Source: a candidate division WOR-3 bacterium (GTDB taxonomy: Bacteria > Hydrothermota > Hydrothermia > B15-G9 > WFZT01). Taken from it: 64,000 nucleotides of DNA. Shown here piece after piece: positions 19,311-30,034 of this stretch (within the stretch, counting starts at the first letter, position 1; each line of letters opens with the position of its first letter). The stretch covers positions 18,135-82,134 of the forward strand of contig JALUEE010000090.1 of NCBI GenBank assembly GCA_027053075.1, written 5' to 3'. Both the position numbers and the translations under genes were made by a program. Below the pieces are notes generated by a model. The model saw only the letters and a program-made list of their open reading frames with translations. It was not told the DNA's origin and did not search any database.

Positions 19311-20230
19311 GCCCTGCCGTTTGAACCGAAAAGGCGAATTTTCCTCTTTACCGTTTCTTTCACCATTTCTCTGCCCTCGCCGAGGTATTTCCTCGGGTCG
19401 AAGACGTCAGGGTTTTCTGAGAGGAATTTTCGAACACCTGCAAGAAAAGATAGTCTTAAGTCGGTATCTATGTTGATCTTGCAAATACCTGCCTCAATCG
19501 CGGCTTTAATCTGATCATCCGGTACTCCCTTTGCTCCTTTGAGCTCAGCACCATATTTTTCTGCAAGTGCAACAATGTCAGGAAGTACACCAGATGCACC
19601 GTGTAGAACGAGGGGAATTTTAACAAGTTCACGTATCTTTTTGATCCTTTCAATGTCTAATTTTGGCTCACCTTTGAACTTGTATGCACCATGGGATGTT
19701 CCCACTGCCACTGCAAGAGCATCAACTCCTGTGGCGTCTACGAACTCTTTTGCCTCCACGGGGTCCGTAAGAACTGCTTCTCTTTCACTGACCTTGACGA
19801 TATCTTCAATCCCTTTAAGTCTCCCAATTTCAGCCTCGACTGTTACCCCCACTGCGTGGGCAAGGTCCACAACTTTGGAAGTAATTCTTACATTATCCTC
19901 AAAAGGTTTATCCGAAGCATCAATCATTACAGATGTGAATCCATTTCGAATGGCCGAGACAATCACTTCCCAGTGCTTTCCGTGGTCCACGTGGAGTGCA
20001 ATGGGGACAGATGACTTTGATGCGGCGAGTTTGACCATCTCTGCTAAAAATTCGATTCCAGCGTATTTCATTGCACCTTCACTAACTGCGATAATAACCG
20101 GTGAATTTTCTTCCTCTGCTGCCTCTACGATAGCCTGCATAAATTCAAGATTGTTGATATTGAAGGCGCCTACACCATAACCCTTTTCGTAGGCGTCAGT
20201 GAGAATTTCTTTCATTGTAACAAGTGCCAT
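19304..20230 (-). CDS. fba: Class II fructose-1,6-bisphosphate aldolase
   Basis: GAFNINN, LHVDHG, VEAEIG, GTSHGAYK, LVLHGASG, KINIDTD. Confidence 0.96.
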   Translation of the reverse strand: MALVTMKEILTDAYEKGYGVGAFNINNLEFMQAIVEAAEEENSPVIIAVSEGAMKYAGIEFLAEMVKLAASKSSVPIALHVDHGKHWEVIVSAIRNGFTSVMIDASDKPFEDNVRITSKVVDLAHAVGVTVEAEIGRLKGIEDIVKVSEREAVLTDPVEAKEFVDATGVDALAVAVGTSHGAYKFKGEPKLDIERIKKIRELVKIPLVLHGASGVLPDIVALAEKYGAELKGAKGVPDDQIKAAIEAGICKINIDTDLRLSFLAGVRKFLSENPDVFDPRKYLGEGREMVKETVKRKIRLFGSNGRAW

Positions 20231-20284
20231 GATTACCTCCTTGTAAATAGTTTAATCTTCGAGAGAAGGCGTTGCAATAGAGGG

Positions 20285-20590
20285 TGAATTTATGCGGGAA
20301 GGAAAATTTTGTAAGCAGGCATAAGCAATGAGTACTCGAGAGGCTCATCCTGTAAAATAAAAAAAGAAAATACGCCCCTCTCCCACAAACTTAGTTTGTG
20401 GAAGAGGGTGCAGGGAGAAGGTATTCCGCTTGAAAACTTAAAAATCCAAGATGTAAACCCTCACCCCACCCCTCTCCCGCGAAGCAGGAGAGGGAGATTT
20501 TCAGATTTTTGATTGAAATTTTGTCAGATGTGACCACTAACCTCATTCATATCCCAGCAGAGAATTTACACGGGGAGAGGAAGTTTATTT
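20285..20590 (+). repeat. Composite dispersed repeat (A fragment - B - C - A)
   Basis: gaatttatgcggga; ccctctcccacaaac..gtttgtggaagaggg..gtattccgcttgaaa; ccctctcccgcgaagcaggagaggg; gaatttacacggggagaggaag. Confidence 0.78.
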
Positions 20591-20651
20591 TGATGGGGTG
20601 TCTAAACTTTTTCTCTGGTAGAAAACCATTAAATTAGAGTGGATTGGGGAT

Positions 20652-21614
20652 TTATTTCACCCCTCTTTTTATCTCCGGTACAAGATAAAAGTTGATGCCT
20701 CTGTAATTGATTCGTTTGAGGTCCCCTCTTTTAACAAGCTGGTCAAGGAAGTTGTCCGGTATGTCCTCGAATCTTTTCTTCAGGGTTTCGATAATCTCAT
20801 CTTCCCTCATTGGATGCCTGCGACAAATAGATTTTATGGCCTCAACTGGATTTTCAAATCCTTCAAGGTCAAATTCACCCTGCTCCGGGTGTGTAATTGG
20901 AACTACATTCCCTAATATTGCATGCGCTCTTACAATGGCCTCTTCATCAGGTGGAACAGCCCAGGGCTCTGCCGGTGGTCTGATGGGAACATTAATATAA
21001 ACCCTATCCGGCCTGATCTTTTTAAGGGCTTGGGCAAGCTCGGTCAGCTCCTTCTCGCTGTCGTTCAACCCTTTAACGAGCATTATTTCAAGCCATATCT
21101 GACCTTTATAGATTTCCCGGAACCTGATTTGACCATCAATAACTTTATCAATTGTTATACTTTTGTGCGGCCTGTTTAAACGTTTGAAAGTTTCCTCAAA
21201 AACGGTGTCAAGTGAGGGAAGTACTACATCAGCTTTCGAAAGGTCTTCTCTTACTCCCTTGTCATATAAAAGTGCCCCGTTGGTGATAACCGCCACAGGT
21301 AAACCTGTTTTTGATTTTGCCATCTCGATGAGCCAGCCCAGGTTAATGTTTAAAGTTGGCTCCCCCTCTCCCACAAATGTGATAAAATCTATTTTATTTT
21401 TATTGAGTGAAACTGCTTCGATTATTTCATCAAGGATGTCTTCTTTAGAGAAAAACTCCTGACGCTCATTGATAAGATGAAGTGTCCTCCCGAGTTGACA
21501 GTATACGCATGAGTAATTACAGGTTTTTAAGGGTATCGGATTAACACCGAGGGAACGACCGAGCCTCCTTGATGGGACTGGTCCATATACATACTTAAAT
21601 TTTTTCGAGTTCAC
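20652..21614 (-). CDS. Radical SAM protein (COG0731-like)
   Basis: YGPVPSRRLGRSLG, CNYSCVYC, GEGEPTL. Confidence 0.9.
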   Translation of the reverse strand: MNSKKFKYVYGPVPSRRLGRSLGVNPIPLKTCNYSCVYCQLGRTLHLINERQEFFSKEDILDEIIEAVSLNKNKIDFITFVGEGEPTLNINLGWLIEMAKSKTGLPVAVITNGALLYDKGVREDLSKADVVLPSLDTVFEETFKRLNRPHKSITIDKVIDGQIRFREIYKGQIWLEIMLVKGLNDSEKELTELAQALKKIRPDRVYINVPIRPPAEPWAVPPDEEAIVRAHAILGNVVPITHPEQGEFDLEGFENPVEAIKSICRRHPMREDEIIETLKKRFEDIPDNFLDQLVKRGDLKRINYRGINFYLVPEIKRGVK

Positions 21615-21948
21615 TTTTCACCATCTCCAGTGCCTTTTCAATGGGTACATTTTTCTTCATTAATGGGAACATTTTTATACCCTTCTTTTCAAGTAGTTTC
21701 CTGTTTTGTAGACCCATTGAGTGGCCAATAAAAACCTGACAGTCCGAGAGCAAATGTTTTATGAGCTTTGCCTTCTCGGGATTGTTGTGCTCATCAATAC
21801 CTAATTTTTCATCGGTGTAATCATTTATTCGCTTTTCAACGAAATGGAACTCACCATCTTTGTAATCGTAAATGTAATACATTTCAGCGTCACCAAAATG
21901 GCCAAACCTCACAGTTTTACCGTCATCTGTGGCAACTGCTATTCTCAT
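21595..21948 (-). CDS. NifB/NifX-family metallocluster-binding protein
   Basis: MRIAVATDDG...GHFGDA..Y.IY motif. Confidence 0.85.
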   Translation of the reverse strand: MRIAVATDDGKTVRFGHFGDAEMYYIYDYKDGEFHFVEKRINDYTDEKLGIDEHNNPEKAKLIKHLLSDCQVFIGHSMGLQNRKLLEKKGIKMFPLMKKNVPIEKALEMVKSELEKI

Positions 21949-22454
21949 GTTTCTCTCCTCCTTTTTGCAGCTATGAAAATTTCCATGAAAGTTTCACGAA
22001 TTTCTACGATCTCAAAGCCGTACTTTTTAAGCATGGATTCAAATTCTTCCCTGCTGTAGTATCTTTCGGGGATTCCTGTATTCGCCCCTTTCTTCCAGTC
22101 TATGATGATAAAAATTCCGTCTGGCTTTAATACGAGTGGTAATTTGCTTAAGAATTTGTCAGGATGTGAGATATGATGGAAAGAATGTATGGTGTATACA
22201 AGATCAAACGTGCCTTCAAGTTTATCAACGTCTTCTGCTTTTAGCGGAACAAGCTCAATGTTTTTATCTTTGTAATGGGTGGTATATGGGTCTATCCCAA
22301 CGCCTCTAACTCCAAATTTTTCTACGAGCTTGAAAAGGAACCTCCCGCTTCCAGTACCCACGTCAAGAATAGTATGTCCCTTTTCTGTTCGTGCAGTGAC
22401 TGCCTTTAGTTTCAGGTTTTCTATGTATTTTGCGATAAAATCAAGGTGCTGCAT
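21945..22454 (-). CDS. Class I SAM-dependent methyltransferase
   Basis: ILDVGTGSG, FDLV..IHSFHH, LKPDG..IIIDW. Confidence 0.88.
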   Translation of the reverse strand: MQHLDFIAKYIENLKLKAVTARTEKGHTILDVGTGSGRFLFKLVEKFGVRGVGIDPYTTHYKDKNIELVPLKAEDVDKLEGTFDLVYTIHSFHHISHPDKFLSKLPLVLKPDGIFIIIDWKKGANTGIPERYYSREEFESMLKKYGFEIVEIRETFMEIFIAAKRRRET

Positions 22455-22615
22455 CAGTCTCCGAATTCTTCGTAAAGTTTCTGATAATCTTCTGTATCAA
22501 CGACGAATTGATTCAGCTTCTGGTCATCCCGATCGAAGATATTTTGTCTGTAACGTTGAAAATTTCTACCATTTCTTTTGAGTCTTCTCAGGTTTATGGT
22601 ATTTTTGAGATTCAT
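22454..22615 (-). CDS. Small hypothetical protein, 53 aa (not in ORF track)
   Basis: MNLKNTINLRRLKRNGRNFQRYRQNIFDRDDQKLNQFVVDTEDYQKLYEEFGD; TGATG coupling to the methyltransferase; ATG 5 nt after a -10 box. Confidence 0.55.
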   Translation of the reverse strand: MNLKNTINLRRLKRNGRNFQRYRQNIFDRDDQKLNQFVVDTEDYQKLYEEFGD

Positions 22616-22620
22616 TCTCA

Positions 22621-22649
22621 ATTATCGCCGGATTTTATTGATTAATCAA
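22621..22649 (-). promoter_or_regulatory. sigma70-type promoter, leaderless configuration
   Basis: TTGATT-N17-GATAAT-N5-ATG. Confidence 0.55.
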
Positions 22650-22657
22650 GATTTCGA

Positions 22658-22963
22658 GAACGTGTTCGGAAACATCACCTCTGTTTATCCCTTTGTGGGT
22701 GTAAGTGGAGTGAGTAGAAAGATGATGTTAAAAATTAAGTAATTCAAGACTTTCCAGTTTGGACGAAACGAAACTCCCTCCCTTCCACTGGAAGGGAGGG
22801 CTGGGGTGGAATGGGGGAACAAAATTTCGAAATAATTCATTTTCCCACTCTCCCCTGGCCTCTCCTTCCTCGAGAAAAGGAGGGAAATTTACGCTGCAAT
22901 TATCATTGATGGGATTCCGTTAGAAAATGTGGCAATCAAAATTCAGATTTTTCGAACAAGCTT
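22658..22963 (+). mobile_element. MITE-like non-coding element
   Basis: Ends GAACGTGTTCGGAAA and TTTTCGAACAAGCTT; internal hairpins closely match 28741-28912. Confidence 0.68.
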
Positions 22964-23060
22964 GAACCGATGTTTATACATGTATGGTGAGTCAGGAAGT
23001 TTAGATGAGTCTAAAAAGCCAGGCAGTGCATTATAAGGGTGCATTATAATTTCGATTCTT

Positions 23061-24299
23061 ATGCACAGGGAGACGCGGAAAATCTTTGAGAATTTCTCCT
23101 GGATGTTACTCGGTCAGGTGGCCGGTCGGGTATTTGGCTTCTTTGCCATCATCTTTCTTGCCAGGAGACTCGGTAAGAGTGCCTATGGTATGTGGGCTTT
23201 TGCATTCGCACTGCTTTCCTACGGCATGCTCCTAACGGATTTCGGACTCAGCACCTACGGGTTGATCGAGGTTTCAAAAGACAGAAAAGCACTGAAAACA
23301 CTCCTCGGAGATATCCTTTCCATCAGGCTTGTAATAGCATTTTTTCTACTCATCATCATTGTTCCTTTCTCGCGGATTGTCCCAAAGCTCAGCTCAATGT
23401 CAGGCCTCTTATTCTTAACCTTCCTTAATCTCATCCCCTTTGCCCTCTCCTTAGATTGGGCGTTCAGAGCGCTGGAAGATATGAAGTTCGCTGCACTCTG
23501 GACGTTTATTTTTAATCTTTTATTCTTTTTGCTGATAATTTTTGTGGTTAGAAGTCCGTCAGATATTCTAAAAGTCCCATCCTCAAGATTCTTTTCACTT
23601 CTTATTGCTTCTGGTCTTCTTATTTACTTTCTCTGGAAAAGATACCCTGAGCTCTTTGCCTTCAATGTAAATTTCAGCAGATGGCCTGCCATTATGAAGG
23701 TTTCAGTTGTCCTTACGGCTTCCTTTGTCATGATTAAAATTTACTACAACATTGATGTACTGATGCTTGGATTTTACAGGACAATGAAGGAGGTGGGAGT
23801 TTACAGCGCAATTTACAACTTTGTCCTCGCCCTGTCAGTGGTGAGATTTTCGCTTCTCTATGCTGTGCAGCCTACACTTTCCCGGATTGAGCAGATACCC
23901 TGGAAGGATTATTCGAAAAAATTGTGGAAATTCGAGACAGTCTCCATAGCCATTGGGGTTCTTTTGTATCTTTTTGTTTTCGTTCTGGCAGGACCTATCA
24001 TAAAGATTTTTTACGGTGGTAAATACACAAGTCCCGAAACAATAAAACTTTTAAGAATTCTCATCAACGCCAACCTTATAATGTTCATAAACCTTGTTTT
24101 CCCCTCTCTTTTGATCATTGTGAAGAGGGAAATGCTCTACTTCTGGGTTACAACCGCTGGAGCGACCACAAACTTTTTATTAAATCTGTATCTGATACCG
24201 AGGTTTGGGTACTTTGGGGCTGCATACACGACTGTGCTCTCAGAATTTGTTGTATTTTTGCTGTCTTTTGTTTTATACTACCGCCTGATTAGACCATGA
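23061..24299 (+). CDS. Polysaccharide flippase (Wzx/RfbX family)
   Basis: NFSW...LARRLG...YG, DFGL, DVLMLG, VGVYSA, NLYLIPRFGYFGAA; about 12 TM segments. Confidence 0.9.
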   Translation: MHRETRKIFENFSWMLLGQVAGRVFGFFAIIFLARRLGKSAYGMWAFAFALLSYGMLLTDFGLSTYGLIEVSKDRKALKTLLGDILSIRLVIAFFLLIIIVPFSRIVPKLSSMSGLLFLTFLNLIPFALSLDWAFRALEDMKFAALWTFIFNLLFFLLIIFVVRSPSDILKVPSSRFFSLLIASGLLIYFLWKRYPELFAFNVNFSRWPAIMKVSVVLTASFVMIKIYYNIDVLMLGFYRTMKEVGVYSAIYNFVLALSVVRFSLLYAVQPTLSRIEQIPWKDYSKKLWKFETVSIAIGVLLYLFVFVLAGPIIKIFYGGKYTSPETIKLLRILINANLIMFINLVFPSLLIIVKREMLYFWVTTAGATTNFLLNLYLIPRFGYFGAAYTTVLSEFVVFLLSFVLYYRLIRP

Positions 24300-25015
24300 A
24301 AGCATTTATTCTTGCAGCGGGAAAGGGTACACGACTTATGCCATTGACAGCCGAGATTCCGAAGGCCCTGCTTGAGTTGAAAGAAGGCCTCACTCCACTG
24401 GATTTTCAGCTGAATCTACTCACCAAGTATGGGTTTTCCCCGGCGGATATTTTCATTATCGGTGGTTATCGTTTTGAAAAACTCAAGAGATACGGTGAAA
24501 TTGGAGTCAATCTTGTTTTTAATGAGAAATACGACAGTTTGAACAATATCTACACTTTTCTGCTTGCTTCAAATTTCACAAACGGTGAAGATTTTTTAAT
24601 TTTGAATGTTGACACAATTTTTGATGAATCATTGCTCGATGAGCTTATAAAAACACCAGGAAGTGCAATGGTGGTGGATAACGTCAAGATTCTTGGTGAT
24701 GAGGAAATGAAGGTCAAGATCGCTGATGGAAGAATTGTGGAGGTCAGTAAATTCATACCACCTGAGAATGCCCATGGTGAATACATCGGGATTTCAAAAT
24801 ACTCGCACTCAGAGGCCACAGTGATATTCGACAAAATCAGGGATATGCTTGAAAATGGCGAGGGGCACAGATGGTATGAGGACGCAATAAATCTTGTTCT
24901 CGACAGGGTTGAGATATCACCTGTTTTCACAGAAGGTAAAAAGTGGATTGAAATTGATACGCCGCAGGATTTAGAAATAGCGCGGGGGCTTGTTCATGAT
25001 TTACAGAACGATTAA
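24296..25015 (+). CDS. NTP-transferase, phosphocholine/polyol-phosphate cytidylyltransferase family
   Basis: LAAGKGTRL..PKAL, NNIYT, EEMKV, GEYIG, WIEIDT..DL. Confidence 0.85.
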   Translation: MKAFILAAGKGTRLMPLTAEIPKALLELKEGLTPLDFQLNLLTKYGFSPADIFIIGGYRFEKLKRYGEIGVNLVFNEKYDSLNNIYTFLLASNFTNGEDFLILNVDTIFDESLLDELIKTPGSAMVVDNVKILGDEEMKVKIADGRIVEVSKFIPPENAHGEYIGISKYSHSEATVIFDKIRDMLENGEGHRWYEDAINLVLDRVEISPVFTEGKKWIEIDTPQDLEIARGLVHDLQND

Positions 25016-26033
25016 CATTCCGGTTTTTCTGGAAATCGGTGAGGGTATCCTTGAAGACTTTAATGGAATTTTAAAAAAACATAATCTCTCCTTTTCTCGT
25101 CCATTGATTCTCACAGGTGAGAAAAGCTCAAAAGTTCTTGCAGGATTTGATTTTTTTAATAGATTTGAAAAGCTATTCATCCGGGAAAACGACCTTGAAA
25201 CTTTGCTCGTGATAAAAAGTGACATTTACGGTAAAGGTTACGATCTGTTACTCGCGTGCGGAGGTGGAAGGGTAATTGATAGTGGAAAGTTTCTCTCCCT
25301 CGAGACTTCCCTGCCACTTGTTGCTATTCCAACAATCTTATCGAGCGACAGCGTGTCATCGCCAATAAGTATTCTTAAAGATAACCATGGAACGAGGAGC
25401 ATGGGGACAGTTATGCCAATGGGGGTTTTAATTGATGTACAGATAATCAGGACTTCGCCCGAGATTTACCTAAAAGCGGGATTGGGTGACCTTATGTCCA
25501 ATCTGTCATCTGCTTATGACTGGGAGCTTGCTTACAAACGAGGTTTTGAAAGAATCGATAACTTCTCGAGGATGCTCGCCCTTTTGCCCGCTCAGCGGAT
25601 TCTTCTCAAAACCGATGGGTACAAGGGGTTAAAAGACGAGGAGCTACTTGCTGATCTTGCCGAAGGACTGGTGCTCAGCGGAATTTCAATGGCTATAGCC
25701 GGGAGTTCAAGGCCTGCCAGTGGAAGTGAGCACAATATCAGCCATAGCCTTGACAGGATACTCGGGCAGCAAAAGAAACTTCACGGGCTGCAGGTAGGAC
25801 TTGCTACCGTTCTTACCCTAATTCTTCAGGGGAATAGAGAGCAGGCCGATGTGCTTTCGCAATTGTATAAGAAGACTGGCTTCCCTTTGAATTTAAAGGA
25901 GCTTGATATCTCCTGTGAAGATTTCGAGAAGGCCCTTGAAATAGCACCAGGCCTGAGAGACAGATATACTGTCCTTAATGAAATCCCTATTGAGGAGCTG
26001 AAAGAAGTCGCAAGAGCCAGACTCTGCAAGTAA
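24996..26033 (+). CDS. Glycerol-1-phosphate dehydrogenase-family protein (EgsA/AraM-like)
   Basis: GGGRVIDSGK, PTILSSD..SSP, GLGDLMSN, SSRPASGSEH.ISH, HGLQVG. Confidence 0.88.
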   Translation: MIYRTINIPVFLEIGEGILEDFNGILKKHNLSFSRPLILTGEKSSKVLAGFDFFNRFEKLFIRENDLETLLVIKSDIYGKGYDLLLACGGGRVIDSGKFLSLETSLPLVAIPTILSSDSVSSPISILKDNHGTRSMGTVMPMGVLIDVQIIRTSPEIYLKAGLGDLMSNLSSAYDWELAYKRGFERIDNFSRMLALLPAQRILLKTDGYKGLKDEELLADLAEGLVLSGISMAIAGSSRPASGSEHNISHSLDRILGQQKKLHGLQVGLATVLTLILQGNREQADVLSQLYKKTGFPLNLKELDISCEDFEKALEIAPGLRDRYTVLNEIPIEELKEVARARLCK

Positions 26034-26037
26034 CCAC

Positions 26038-26955
26038 ATGTTTGATCCCATTTATCTTGAAGCCTACGAGACGGGCAGGCTAAAGGAAAAAGTGGAAGAG
26101 GCCCTTGAGTCTCTGAGTTCATGCGTAGCCTGTCCGATTGGATGTCGGGTGAATAGGCTCGAAGATGAGATTGGTGATTGCGGGGTTGGGAGATTTGCAA
26201 TTCTTTCTTCCTATGGACCTCATTTCGGGGAAGAATCTGTGCTTGTCGGTTACCACGGCTCGGGTACGGTGTTCTTTGGAGGATGCAACCTCAGATGTGT
26301 TTACTGCCAGAACTATGATATAAGTCAGCTCAGATGGGGTAGAGCAGTGGACGCTAAAACCCTTGCAGGTGTGTTCCTCGAAATTCAGGATATGGGTTGT
26401 CATAACCTCAATCTCGTGAGTCCCACCCACGTGGTTCCCCAGATCCTCGAAGCACTTTTGATCGCTGTGGAGAAAGGTTTCAGGCTACCTCTTGTTTATA
26501 ATACAGGTGGATATGACCACATAAGGACGTTGAAATTGCTCGACGGAATTGTTGATATTTACATGCCCGATACGAAATATGGCGATTCTAAAAAGGGTTT
26601 AAAGTACTCAGGGGTTAAAAACTACTTTGAGATCAATAAGAGAAACCTGAGAGAAATGCATCGGCAGGTAGGAGATTTGAGGATTGAAGAAGGTCTTGCC
26701 GTCAGAGGACTCCTAATTCGGCATCTTGTTTTACCGAACAATATTTCTGACTCTGAGAAGGTCATCGATTTTATAGCCGATGAACTCTCAAAAGATAGCT
26801 GGCTGAATCTCATGGATCAGTATTATCCTGCCTACAGAGCGATGGAGTACCCTGAACTGTCCCGAAGGATTACACGGAGAGAATACTTCAGGCTTGTGGA
26901 TTATGCATTAAACAAGGGAATTCACAGAGGAATTCCGTTTGATCATGCCCGATAA
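26038..26955 (+). CDS. PflX-like radical SAM protein (COG1313)
   Basis: HFGEE..LVG..GSGTVFF.GCNLRCVYCQN, DIYMPD.KY, RHLVLP. Confidence 0.9.
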   Translation: MFDPIYLEAYETGRLKEKVEEALESLSSCVACPIGCRVNRLEDEIGDCGVGRFAILSSYGPHFGEESVLVGYHGSGTVFFGGCNLRCVYCQNYDISQLRWGRAVDAKTLAGVFLEIQDMGCHNLNLVSPTHVVPQILEALLIAVEKGFRLPLVYNTGGYDHIRTLKLLDGIVDIYMPDTKYGDSKKGLKYSGVKNYFEINKRNLREMHRQVGDLRIEEGLAVRGLLIRHLVLPNNISDSEKVIDFIADELSKDSWLNLMDQYYPAYRAMEYPELSRRITRREYFRLVDYALNKGIHRGIPFDHAR

Positions 26956-26956
26956 A

Positions 26957-28420
<1,464 letters not shown>

Positions 28421-28428
28421 TTAAAAAG

Positions 28429-28500
28429 CTGGGGGGCAGGGATTCGAACCCCGACTACCTGATCCAGAGTCAGGCGTCCTGCCGGTTAGACGACCCCCCA
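28429..28500 (-). tRNA. tRNA-Gln (CTG), CCA not encoded
   Basis: Cloverleaf TGGGGGG...CCTGA-CTCTGGA-TCAGG...GGTTCGAATCC...CCCCCCAG. Confidence 0.95.
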
Positions 28501-28507
28501 AAATTTT

Positions 28508-28585
28508 TGGCAGCGCCACCGGGATTTGAACCCGGGTCTCCTGGCTGAGAACCAGGTATCCTAGGCCGGACTAGACGATGGCGCC
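28508..28585 (-). tRNA. tRNA-Glu (CTC)
   Basis: GGCGCCA...CCTGG-TTCTCAG-CCAGG...GGTTCAAATCC...TGGCGCTGCCA. Confidence 0.95.
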
Positions 28586-28637
28586 GCGTGAAAGTGCTAT
28601 ATTTATAAACCACCACCCCATACCTGTCAATAGGAGG

Positions 28638-28990
28638 GGGTGTGTTTGAAAATGTTCCCCTGGTTATTTTGTAGCTATAGGTTAATAGATTGATCAGAAA
28701 AGTGAGGTTAAACAAGTTTCCTTAAGCATGTTAAGTAGCAAACTCCCTCCCTTCCGCTGGAAGGGAGGGTTGGGGTGGAATGGATAAATTTAATGATATC
28801 ACTGTATGTTCTGAAATATCACTCCATTAGATATTCTAAATCTAAAGATTGTTAATCTTACCCCCATTCTCCCCTAACCCCTCCTTCCCCGGGGAAGGAG
28901 GGGAAATTTACCGACTGGTTTGCGATAATTAATGGAATTTTAAGAATCTTAAAAAGTGGAACTTAAATCGAGGATTTTTCGAACAGGCTC
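28638..28990 (+). mobile_element. MITE-like non-coding element
   Basis: Ends GGGTGTGTTTGAAAA and TTTTCGAACAGGCTC; internal aactccctcccttccgctggaagggagggttggggtggaatgg matches the 22772 copy. Confidence 0.7.
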
Positions 28991-29102
28991 GTAGGAGGGG
29001 AGTGTGTTTGAATAATTCCAACCCTAAAGATTGGTACCTGTAAGAAAGGTACATGTGACTACTTTCTTTGTTTTGCCTGACTCTTAGGGTTGTGCAACCA
29101 GA

Positions 29103-29145
29103 TATTCTTCTTCCGCAAAAAATTTATGCGAAGAGAGGAATTTCT
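29103..29145 (+). repeat. Dispersed repeat module A
   Basis: ttcttcttccgcaaaaaatttatgcgaagagaggaa. Confidence 0.62.
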
Positions 29146-29284
29146 TCGTGTAATTAGCAATGTATTTTTGAACTTGACGCAGGAGACTGGATTCAAAAAT
29201 ATTAAAAATTTTTAAATACCCGGCTTCTCTGTCACCTTTCACCCTCATTGAGGGGACAATTGGGTTGACTTATAATTGAAGTCC

Positions 29285-30034
29285 ATGAGTGGTGATAAAG
29301 AATTAACCGTATGGGAACATCTTGAAGAGCTTCGTACACGTCTCATCAGAATAACCATAGCGGTACTCGTCACGGGTATAGTTGGCTATATCTTTTCTGA
29401 CTGGATTATTCACGTTGTGTCAAAGCCAGTTGGCACACTCTATTTCTTCTCACCTCCAGAGGCATTCATTATTCGACTGAAAATCCTCCTTTTCTCTGGC
29501 CTTTTTTTCTCAGCTCCCTACATGCTTTACGAACTCTGGAAGTTTGTGGAGCCCGGACTCCTGCCCCATGAGAAAAAGTATGCCCTACCACTTATCCTGA
29601 GTGGCACAATTCTCTTTTACGTTGGCATTGCCTTTGGGCTTTTTATAGCTCTTCCCCTTGGAGTCAAAGTCCTCGTTGAATTTGGTGGAAAATACATGCA
29701 GGGGCTTTTCAACGCAAAAAGCTATTTTAATTTTGCCCTGCTTCTGCTTTTTAGCTTTGGAATTCTATTCGAGTTTCCAGTGGTGATCGTATTCCTTGCC
29801 CAGATTGGTGTGATAGACCCTTACAAACTGGCAAAGCAGAGAAAGTATGTCATCGTCGGAATATTCGTGGTTGCAGCCATCATCACACCCTCTGTTGATA
29901 TGGTCACACAGCTTGTGCTTGCGATTCCTCTGATTTTTCTCTTCGAGATTTCCATATTTTTCTCAAAGATGGTCCGAAAGAAACCCGCAGAAACCAGGGT
30001 AGAGAAGGAGAATGAGGTTACAGAGAACAAATGA
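29285..30034 (+). CDS. tatC: Twin-arginine translocase TatC
   Basis: EHLEELRTRL, PPEAF, PGLLPHE, FEFP, AAIITPS.D; ATG 29285 preferred over TTG 29276. Confidence 0.95.
   Translation: MSGDKELTVWEHLEELRTRLIRITIAVLVTGIVGYIFSDWIIHVVSKPVGTLYFFSPPEAFIIRLKILLFSGLFFSAPYMLYELWKFVEPGLLPHEKKYALPLILSGTILFYVGIAFGLFIALPLGVKVLVEFGGKYMQGLFNAKSYFNFALLLLFSFGILFEFPVVIVFLAQIGVIDPYKLAKQRKYVIVGIFVVAAIITPSVDMVTQLVLAIPLIFLFEISIFFSKMVRKKPAETRVEKENEVTENK

Noticed and set aside
24296..25015. IPCT for di-myo-inositol phosphate synthesis with ino1
   Set aside because: It is coupled to a flippase and a G1PDH-like gene rather than ino1, and the CDP-alcohol transferase looks PIP-synthase-like; not fully excluded
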